From an uncultured bacterium (lineage in GTDB: Bacteria; Krumholzibacteriota; Krumholzibacteriia; JACNKJ01): a DNA stretch of 64,000 nucleotides. A program made the position numbers and the translations under genes. The notes under the pieces are model-generated. The model had not been told where the DNA came from, searched no databases, and worked only from the letters and a program-made list of their open reading frames with translations. The stretch lies in contig CAVOFT010000001.1 in the NCBI GenBank assembly GCA_963695095.1, positions 768,001 to 832,000 of the forward strand, in the 5' to 3' direction. How positions within the stretch are numbered: position 1 is the first letter of the stretch; the number at the start of each line of letters is the position of its first letter. Positions 57,825-64,000 of this stretch are shown in pieces.

Positions 57825-58187
57825 TCAAGTGCCCCGGGGCCAGTAGAAGATGCGCCCGCAATTCTCGCACTGGAGAATGCGGTCGCGGTTCTCGGCGGAC
57901 GTATAACTCGTTGGAATGATTGCAAAACAGCCGAGGCAGACGTCCCCGGTGATGGGGACCACAGCCCGCCCCAGCCGGCCCAGGATCCGCTCGTAGCGGT
58001 TGAGCAGGAGGCGGTCGATGCTCTCGGCCAGCTCCTTGCGCGCGCGGCGCAGGTCCTCGACCCCTTCGAGGGGGAAGCCCATCGCCGTCAGCTTGTCCGC
58101 GTGCACCTTGTCCTCGGCCTCGCGGATCATGGTGTCCAAATCTTGCAAAGCCACGAGGAGCAGGAGCTGTTCGTTGAGGCTCGGCAC
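57825..58187 (-). CDS. C4-type zinc-ribbon protein (short DUF164-like)
   Basis: LQDLD N-terminus; CLGC...CENCGRIFY. Confidence 0.88.
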   Translation of the reverse strand: MPSLNEQLLLLVALQDLDTMIREAEDKVHADKLTAMGFPLEGVEDLRRARKELAESIDRLLLNRYERILGRLGRAVVPITGDVCLGCFAIIPTSYTSAENRDRILQCENCGRIFYWPRGT

Positions 58188-58651
58188 TAGTCTTCCCCCA
58201 GGATGAGCTTGCGGAAGTCCGCGAAGGACTTGACGGCCAGCAGCTGCTGGCGGGTCGGCTCGTCGCGGATCATCTCCACGACCTGGCCCAGGGCGGGCAG
58301 GTAGCGGTTCTCCTTCTCGACGGGTGGGGCGATGAACATGAAGAAGAGATGGACGGGCTTGCCGTCGATGGCGCCGTAGTCGACGCCCTTGGCCGAGCGG
58401 GCGAACAGGGCCATCAGGGTCGGGATGGCCAGCGAGCGCCCATGCGGGAAAGCGACGCCCTGCCCGAGGCCCGTGCTGCCCAGGCTCTCCCGGTTCTTCA
58501 GCATGCCGAGGATCACGTCGCGATCGCGGATCACCCCGGCCTTGACGGCATGGTCGACCATCTCCTGCAGCACGCCATCGCGGTCGCGTCCCTTCAGATC
58601 CGCGATGAAGAGCTGCTCGTTGAACAGGGTGATCAGTTCATCGTGATTCAT
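58187..58651 (-). CDS. PTS EIIA (PtsN/Fru-type) protein
   Basis: RESLGSTGLGQGVAFPHGR with phospho-His; DGKPVHLFF. Confidence 0.92.
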   Translation of the reverse strand: MNHDELITLFNEQLFIADLKGRDRDGVLQEMVDHAVKAGVIRDRDVILGMLKNRESLGSTGLGQGVAFPHGRSLAIPTLMALFARSAKGVDYGAIDGKPVHLFFMFIAPPVEKENRYLPALGQVVEMIRDEPTRQQLLAVKSFADFRKLILGED

Positions 58652-58841
58652 CGAGTCGTCACCTTTCTTGCCGCCGACGCGCATCGCCCCGGCCTGGGCT
58701 GGGACCCCGGCCAAGCTCGAACGAGACAATGCAGATGCGGGGACCTTGAATCCCAGCACACGCTAGCAAATCGTGACGCTTGTAACAAGGGGGGACCCGT
58801 GGACTTTCCGGCCCGGTGGCGGTCTGTGCTAGAGTCCCCGC

Positions 58842-59813
58842 ATGGTGAAAGTCGATCTGCTCGGCCCCGATGCCGAGGAACGCCTGGAGGGCCGGGTCCT
58901 GCGCGCCGAGAGCGGGCGCTTCCTGGTGGATCTGGGCGAGATGCGGGTGCCCTGCAGCCTGCGGGGGCGCATCCGCAAGCAGCGCCTGCAGCAGGTGCGC
59001 AACGTCGTGGCGGGCGACCGCGTCCTCGTCCGCCTCACGGGCAGCCTGCCCCATCCCGAGGCCGAGGGCGTCATCGAGGACCTGCTGCCCCGCCAGAACC
59101 AGCTCTCGCGGGCGGAAGCAGCCGGCGCCCGCCGGGAGCAGGTGCTGATGGCGAACCTGGACCGCGTCTTCCTGGTGATGGCCGCCGCCCAGCCCGAGTT
59201 CAACCCCCGCCTGCTGGACCGCTTCCTGGTCGCCCTGGCCCACCAGGAGCTGGAGGGAGTGCTCGTCCTCAACAAGTGCGACCTGGCGAGCCTGGCCGAG
59301 CGCCTGCAGATGGTGCTCCCCTACCGCAGCGCCGGCTATCGGGTGCTGATGACCAGCGCCGCCACGGGCGAGGGCTGCGAGCGCCTGGCCGAGGCGATGC
59401 AGGGACGCGTGAGCCTGGTGCTCGGCCCCTCCGGCGCGGGCAAGAGCAGTCTCCTGCGCCGGGTGCAGCCGGGTCTGGAGATCTGCGTGCGCGACGTGAG
59501 CGCGATCACCGGCAAGGGTCGCCATGCGACGAGCTACACGGAGCTGCATCCCCTGACAGCCGGCGGCTGGGTCGCGGATTCCCCCGGGGTGCGCGAGTTC
59601 GGGCTCTGGGGGCTGGCCCCGCGCGATCTGGCCGCTTGCTTCCCCGAGTTCCGGCCCCATCTGGGGGCTTGCCACTACGCCGATTGCAGCCATTCCCACG
59701 AGCCGGACTGCAGCCTGCGCCAGGCCGTCGAAGAGCGAGCGGTCGATCCGCGGCGCTACGAGAGCTACCTGCGCATCCTGGAGTCGATCAAGGCGGGGAA
59801 ACTCGGGCTGTGA
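58842..59813 (+). CDS. rsgA: Ribosome small subunit-dependent GTPase A
   Basis: NKCD, GPSGAGKSS, GRHAT, DSPG, CHYADCSHSHEPDC. Confidence 0.96.
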   Translation: MVKVDLLGPDAEERLEGRVLRAESGRFLVDLGEMRVPCSLRGRIRKQRLQQVRNVVAGDRVLVRLTGSLPHPEAEGVIEDLLPRQNQLSRAEAAGARREQVLMANLDRVFLVMAAAQPEFNPRLLDRFLVALAHQELEGVLVLNKCDLASLAERLQMVLPYRSAGYRVLMTSAATGEGCERLAEAMQGRVSLVLGPSGAGKSSLLRRVQPGLEICVRDVSAITGKGRHATSYTELHPLTAGGWVADSPGVREFGLWGLAPRDLAACFPEFRPHLGACHYADCSHSHEPDCSLRQAVEERAVDPRRYESYLRILESIKAGKLGL

Positions 59814-59818
59814 GCCGC

Positions 59819-60937
59819 CTAGCGGCCGGGCAGGATGGCCGACAGGAAGTTTTCCCAGAGCGCGAGCAGGCGGGCATTCAGGGCCGGCGCGAGCGTGAGC
59901 AGCATGGCCTCCAGCCCGAGCAGGCCGGCGACCAGCGCCGCCGCGAGCACCGGCTTGTGCAGGCGCGCCCTGACCCGCGCGCGCAGGGAGGGACGCGTGG
60001 CGTCCAGGGTCGATTTCTTCAGCACGACGCGATAGTGATTGGGGTCGCTCAGGTACTGCTGCACGCGCTCATCCGGATGGTGGATGCCGAGCCGCTCGAG
60101 CACCGTGTGGAGGTCGGCGATCAGGGCGTTGCCGTTGGAGAAGCGCAGGGAGCGGTCGCGCTGCAGGCAGGTCATCACCAGGTTGTCGACGAAGACGGGC
60201 ACGTCCTCGCGCAGGCGCGAAGGCAGTTCGACCCGGCAGTTGAGGATCTCGCGGAAGACCTCGTCGCTGCTGCTGCCGATGAAGGGCGTGCGCGAGGTGA
60301 GCAGCTGGTAGAGCACGATGCCGAAGGAGAAGAGGTCGCTGCGCGCATCCAGGGTGGCGCCCTGCACCTGCTCCGGTGACATGTAGAGCGGCGTGCCGGC
60401 CGGATGCGAGTTCTTGCCCTTGTTGCGCTGCGTGTCGACCAGGCGGGCGAGGCCGAAGTCGGCCACCTTCACCGCGCCCTCGCGGTTGAGCAGGATGTTC
60501 GCGGGCTTGATGTCCAGGTGCAGGACATGGTGGTCGTGCACGTAGGCGAGGCCGCGGGCGGTGAAGTAGGCGATGGCCAGGGCGACGTCGAGCGGCAGGC
60601 TCTCGGCGCGCTCGAGCAGATCGCGCAGCGAACCGCCGCGCACGTACTCCATCACGAAGTAGTAGTAGCTGTCCTGCTCGCCGAAATCGATGATCTGGAC
60701 GATGTTCGGGTGCTCGAGCCGGGCGAGCAGGCGGGCTTCCTCCGCGAAACGGCGGCGGAACTCCTCCTGGGCCGAGAGCTGGCGCCGGAGCACCTTGATG
60801 ACCACGTCGCGGTCCAGGGAGTTCTGGCGCGCGAGAAAGATGCGCGCAGCGCCGCCCGTCGCCAGGGGGCGCTTCATCGTGTAGTTCTCCCCCAGCTGGA
60901 CATGGGGCATTGGTTTTTCGACGGTTTCGGTAGTCAT
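59819..60937 (-). CDS. Hanks-type Ser/Thr protein kinase with C-terminal TM
   Basis: VVIK, HLDIKPAN, DFG, GTPLYMSPEQ; start 60937 or 60910. Confidence 0.93.
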   Translation of the reverse strand: MTTETVEKPMPHVQLGENYTMKRPLATGGAARIFLARQNSLDRDVVIKVLRRQLSAQEEFRRRFAEEARLLARLEHPNIVQIIDFGEQDSYYYFVMEYVRGGSLRDLLERAESLPLDVALAIAYFTARGLAYVHDHHVLHLDIKPANILLNREGAVKVADFGLARLVDTQRNKGKNSHPAGTPLYMSPEQVQGATLDARSDLFSFGIVLYQLLTSRTPFIGSSSDEVFREILNCRVELPSRLREDVPVFVDNLVMTCLQRDRSLRFSNGNALIADLHTVLERLGIHHPDERVQQYLSDPNHYRVVLKKSTLDATRPSLRARVRARLHKPVLAAALVAGLLGLEAMLLTLAPALNARLLALWENFLSAILPGR

Positions 60938-61131
60938 CTCGTCAGCAAAGGTCAAAAGGCGTGCCAGGCAAGCTGGGGACATCCGCGGCCGCGCCGAGGC
61001 AGTTTGCACCCTGATGAGGCCGCCTTGACGACGCATCTTGCGCCGTGCTATTACCACCTTGAGATCCGATCCGACCGTCTTTTTCCCAGTTGCGGGCGGG
61101 GAGGGCTGCCACTTCTGCAAGGGAGCCAGCA

Positions 61132-61335
61132 TTGCGTGTTACCGGGAAGGTGAAGTGGTTCGACGGCGCCAAGGGCTACGGGTTCATCACGCGAGACGAG
61201 GGCGGCGACGTCTTCGTCCATTTCTCGCAGATCCAGGGCGAGGGTTTTCGCTCGCTCAGCGAGGGCCAGGCCGTGGAGTTCGAGGTCCAGGAGGGACCGA
61301 AGGGTCCGCTGGCCGTCGAAGTCAAACCCGCCTGA
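61132..61335 (+). CDS. Cold-shock protein
   Basis: TTG start after AAGGGAG; GKVKWF, KGYGFI, DVFVHFS. Confidence 0.95.
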   Translation: MRVTGKVKWFDGAKGYGFITRDEGGDVFVHFSQIQGEGFRSLSEGQAVEFEVQEGPKGPLAVEVKPA

Positions 61336-61375
61336 GTCCACCGTCCTCGCTGGGGGCCGACGGCGAGGTTCGTCC

Positions 61376-62251
61376 GTGAGCGCCGCGGACTTCGTCCTCA
61401 TCGACGATCGCCTCCTGCCGGCCGCCGAGGCCTGCCTGCCCGTCAGCGATCGCGGCTTCCTCTACGGCGATGCCGTCTACGAGACCTTGCGCAGCTATGG
61501 CGGCCGCCCCTTCCTGCTGGCTGCCCACCTGGAGCGTCTCGCGCGCTCGGCGCGCGCCATCTACCTGGAGCTGCCCTGGCCGGCCGCCGAGCTCGGTGCC
61601 CGGCTCGCCCGTCTGCTGGCCGCCAATCGCATCGACGCCGGGCGCCTGCGCATCACCGTGACGCGCGGCGAGGGCGACCTGCGCGCCCGCCCCGAGCAGC
61701 TCGGACCGCCGCGCCTGGTGATGACGGCCGAGCCCTTCGTCCCCCCGCCCGCAGCGCTCTATGCGCAGGGCGTGCCGGTGGAAATCGCAGCCCGCCCGCG
61801 CAATCTGCCCGGTGCGCTGGACCCGGCCATCAAGAGCGGCAATCTGCTCAATACCCTGCTGGCCCGCTTCGAGATGCGTGCGCCGGACAGCTTCGAAGTG
61901 ATCATGCTCAACCACCGGGGCGAGCTGGGCGAGGCCTCCTTGGCCAATCTCTTTCTCGTCGATGCCGCGGGCGTCCTGCGCACGCCGGCCCTGGCGAGCG
62001 GCATCCTGGCGGGGATCACCCGCGGCCTCGTGCTCGAGCTGGCGCGGGCCGAGGGCCTCGAGGTGCGGGAAGGGCCGCTGGCGCCGGTCGCCCTCTTCGA
62101 AGCGCATGAGGCCTTTCTGACGGCGAGCACCCTGGAGATCATGCCCATCGCCAGCGTGGATGGCCGCCCGCTCGTCGCGGCCGCCGGCCCCTTGACGCGC
62201 CGCTTGCAGGCGCGCTATCGCGACCGGGTGGCCGCCGAGCTCGGCGCCTGA
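61376..62251 (+). CDS. Aminotransferase class IV (IlvE/PabC/Dat-like)
   Basis: DRGFLYGDAVYET, IKSGN, GILAGITR, EAFLTAS. Confidence 0.93.
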   Translation: MSAADFVLIDDRLLPAAEACLPVSDRGFLYGDAVYETLRSYGGRPFLLAAHLERLARSARAIYLELPWPAAELGARLARLLAANRIDAGRLRITVTRGEGDLRARPEQLGPPRLVMTAEPFVPPPAALYAQGVPVEIAARPRNLPGALDPAIKSGNLLNTLLARFEMRAPDSFEVIMLNHRGELGEASLANLFLVDAAGVLRTPALASGILAGITRGLVLELARAEGLEVREGPLAPVALFEAHEAFLTASTLEIMPIASVDGRPLVAAAGPLTRRLQARYRDRVAAELGA

Positions 62252-62265
62252 GCCCCACAAAGCGA

Positions 62266-62291
62266 GACCCCGCCCGATGAGGGGCGGGGTC
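62266..62291. terminator. Hairpin between convergent genes
   Basis: GACCCCGCCC-GATGAG-GGGCGGGGTC; weak U tract. Confidence 0.55.
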
Positions 62292-62332
62292 GCTAGGGAA
62301 GGCCGGCGCGCCTGATCGCGCGGTAAACTCGC

Positions 62333-62752
62333 CTACTCGCCGAAGCCGTAGGCGATGACGGGCTCGCTCGTATCGACGACGATCTCCACGACCGCCGACA
62401 GAGCGCTCTCGTTGTCGTTTTCGTCCACGGCCGTGACGCGGTAGTTCAAGGTAAGCAGGCCGAGCTCGTTCAGCGTATCCACGAAGCGAGCCTGGTTGCA
62501 GTCGGACGCCAGGGCGAGATCCCGCTCGTTGACGCCGCGGTAGACACGGTAGCTGGCCAGATCGACCTCGCTGTTCTCTCGCCAGGCCACGGTCACCTGG
62601 TCGCCCTTGACGCTGACGCTCAAGTTGACCGGCGCGGCGGGAGGAGTCAGGTCCTCGTCGGGGGCGCTGGTGGTGGAGGCGCTATCGCTGCAGCCGCTCG
62701 CGGTCAGAGCGAAGATCGCCGCCAGGGCCAGCAGCATCAGGATCCTGTGCAT
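62333..62752 (-). CDS. Fibronectin type III lipoprotein
   Basis: AAAGGAG RBS; lipobox ASGC; PPAAPVNL...W...YRVYR...YRVTAVDENDNES. Confidence 0.88.
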   Translation of the reverse strand: MHRILMLLALAAIFALTASGCSDSASTTSAPDEDLTPPAAPVNLSVSVKGDQVTVAWRENSEVDLASYRVYRGVNERDLALASDCNQARFVDTLNELGLLTLNYRVTAVDENDNESALSAVVEIVVDTSEPVIAYGFGE

Positions 62753-62882
62753 CGTTGCCACTCCTTTACATCCTTCCATGATGGGCGCGCAGAGGCGGTA
62801 ATTTGGAAAAGGGCTGCGAGGAAACGGGAGGTCGTGTCATTGGAAGCAGGTCAGGTTGTCCCCCGCAGCCGAGGCCGCGAGC

Positions 62883-62898
62883 AGCAAGGCACATACCA
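62883..62898 (-). promoter_or_regulatory. Putative sigma54 promoter of the FN3 lipoprotein
   Basis: Minus strand TGGTATGTGCCTTGCT. Confidence 0.55.
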
Positions 62899-63068
62899 GC
62901 CGGGTATCGGCCCGGCGATCGGCCATAATGCTTTCATTGACAGCGAGTTGTGTTGCCGCGCGGCGCTCCGGTAGACGGGGGGAGCTGCACGGCTCACCGT
63001 GCGATCTGCGAGGCAGGGGCCGCAGAGGGTGAGTCGGCGGCGCCGGCAGGGCCCGCGTGGGCTCGCCC

Positions 63069-63096
63069 TTGACAGGCCGCCGCCGGCTGTTCTAAT
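63069..63096 (+). promoter_or_regulatory. Sigma70-type promoter of the HU/IHF gene
   Basis: TTGACA at 63069-63074 and TGtTCTAAT extended -10. Confidence 0.55.
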
Positions 63097-63151
63097 GTGG
63101 CTGAGGTCAATGACTTAAAGGCTGCTGCGGACAAGGTGGAAAGGAGCCCCG

Positions 63152-63475
63152 ATGACCAAGGCCCAGATCGTCGAGGAGATCGTCCAGAAAACCGGTCTCA
63201 CCAAGAAGGATGTCGCCGACTCGGTGGATCAGTTCCTTCAGGCCATCTCCGGTGCCTTGGCTGGAGGCAAGCACTTGGAGATCCGTGGCTTCGGGACCTT
63301 CAAGGTCAAGCGCCGCAAGTCGCGCATGGCGCGCAATCCGCGCACCGGGGAGCCGGTCCCCGTTCCGGAGCGCAACGTGCCGATCTTCAAGGTGAGCAAG
63401 GAGCTGAAGGATCTGGTGGCCGCCGCCAACCCCTCGGGTGCGCCCGCGGCTACCCACACCGAGAACCGCGACTAG
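63152..63475 (+). CDS. HU/IHF family DNA-binding protein
   Basis: MTKAQI, IRGFGTF, ARNPRTGE. Confidence 0.96.
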   Translation: MTKAQIVEEIVQKTGLTKKDVADSVDQFLQAISGALAGGKHLEIRGFGTFKVKRRKSRMARNPRTGEPVPVPERNVPIFKVSKELKDLVAAANPSGAPAATHTENRD

Positions 63476-63496
63476 CGGCGCCGGCAGCGTCCGCAG

Positions 63497-63528
63497 CGGG
63501 AGGGACAGCGTTCCCTCCCGTTTCCTTT
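63497..63528 (+). terminator. Rho-independent terminator
   Basis: CGGGAGGGA-CAGCGT-TCCCTCCCG then TTTCCTTT. Confidence 0.75.
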
Positions 63529-63534
63529 GCGGCC

Positions 63535-64000
63535 CTAGTTGTCGAAGAGCAGGGAGAAGGTGAGCGCGCCGTCGAGGTGATGGGTCAGCGTCCGCTCGTG
63601 GAAGGGGGCGTCCTGGGCGTGATCCTGCAGGAAAGCGCCGGTCCAGCCCACATCCCCGCGCAGGTAGAGCGGGCCGGCCAGATTGCGCCGGAAACCCAGG
63701 CCCGCCTGCACGCTGGGATCGTTGTCATAGAGCTCGGCGCTGTGCCGGTTGAAGCTGCCCACGCCGGCCGAGCCGAAGAAGAAGATGCCGCGACTCAGCC
63801 ACAGATCGCGCGTGAGGTTGAGCTGCACGCGCTCGACGTAGTCGTCCTCCGTGAAGGCCAGGCCCGGAAAATCCGCTCGGCTCGTCGTGCGCGAGTAGTG
63901 GAACTGGAAGCCCAGCGCTGCGATCGTGCGCAGATCGAGGCGAACGCCCAGGGCGAGATTGCTCATGTAGTTGCTCATGTCCCCATCATAGAGGAGGTAG
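63535..64000 (-). CDS. Probable outer-membrane beta-barrel protein (5' partial)
   Basis: Amphipathic strands FFGSAGVG, QAGLGFRR, YLRGDVG; runs off the window. Confidence 0.7.
   Translation of the reverse strand, partial: YLLYDGDMSNYMSNLALGVRLDLRTIAALGFQFHYSRTTSRADFPGLAFTEDDYVERVQLNLTRDLWLSRGIFFFGSAGVGSFNRHSAELYDNDPSVQAGLGFRRNLAGPLYLRGDVGWTGAFLQDHAQDAPFHERTLTHHLDGALTFSLLFDN

Noticed and set aside
62780..63150. Structured ncRNA or tRNA in the larger intergenic regions (also 24640-24894 and 48262-48506)
   Set aside because: No recognisable tRNA, tmRNA, RNase P, SRP or riboswitch signatures by eye; promoters explain part of these regions

Overview
Very GC-rich bacterial chromosomal window. Several secreted proteins end in FlgD-Ig/T9SS-like C-terminal domains, which suggests an FCB-group candidate phylum such as Krumholzibacteriota, Latescibacterota or Eisenbacteria (inference only). 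The main feature is a ~20 kb, 20-gene minus-strand cluster (5894-25986). It joins an Agl-Glt-core-like TolQ/ExbD/ExbD motor with TPR, GltF-like and GltG-like partners to an ApbE/TlpA/DUF4266/DUF3570 flavinylation module, an HzsA-like diheme lipoprotein, a CX4CH lipoprotein, several outer-membrane barrels and a CTD-bearing NHL protein, and it carries two sigma54-type promoters. Also present: three tandem CTD-bearing secreted proteins (one a disrupted S8 peptidase), a queuosine-precursor transporter, a LonC-like protease, a decayed HNH-like gene, rubrerythrin, a GT4, AddAB, a four-gene minor-pilin cluster with a 1051-aa PilW-like adhesin, dacA-like, thioredoxin, rlpA, iorAB, cytochrome c, ptb/buk, a CCC transporter, mscS, a histidine kinase, moaC/moeA, PTS IIA, rsgA, a Ser/Thr kinase, csp, a class IV aminotransferase and HU/IHF. 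Four genes carry frameshifts that are probably sequencing/assembly errors. I saw no rRNA, tRNA, CRISPR array or intact mobile element. All family assignments come from recognising motifs by eye, not from database searches.
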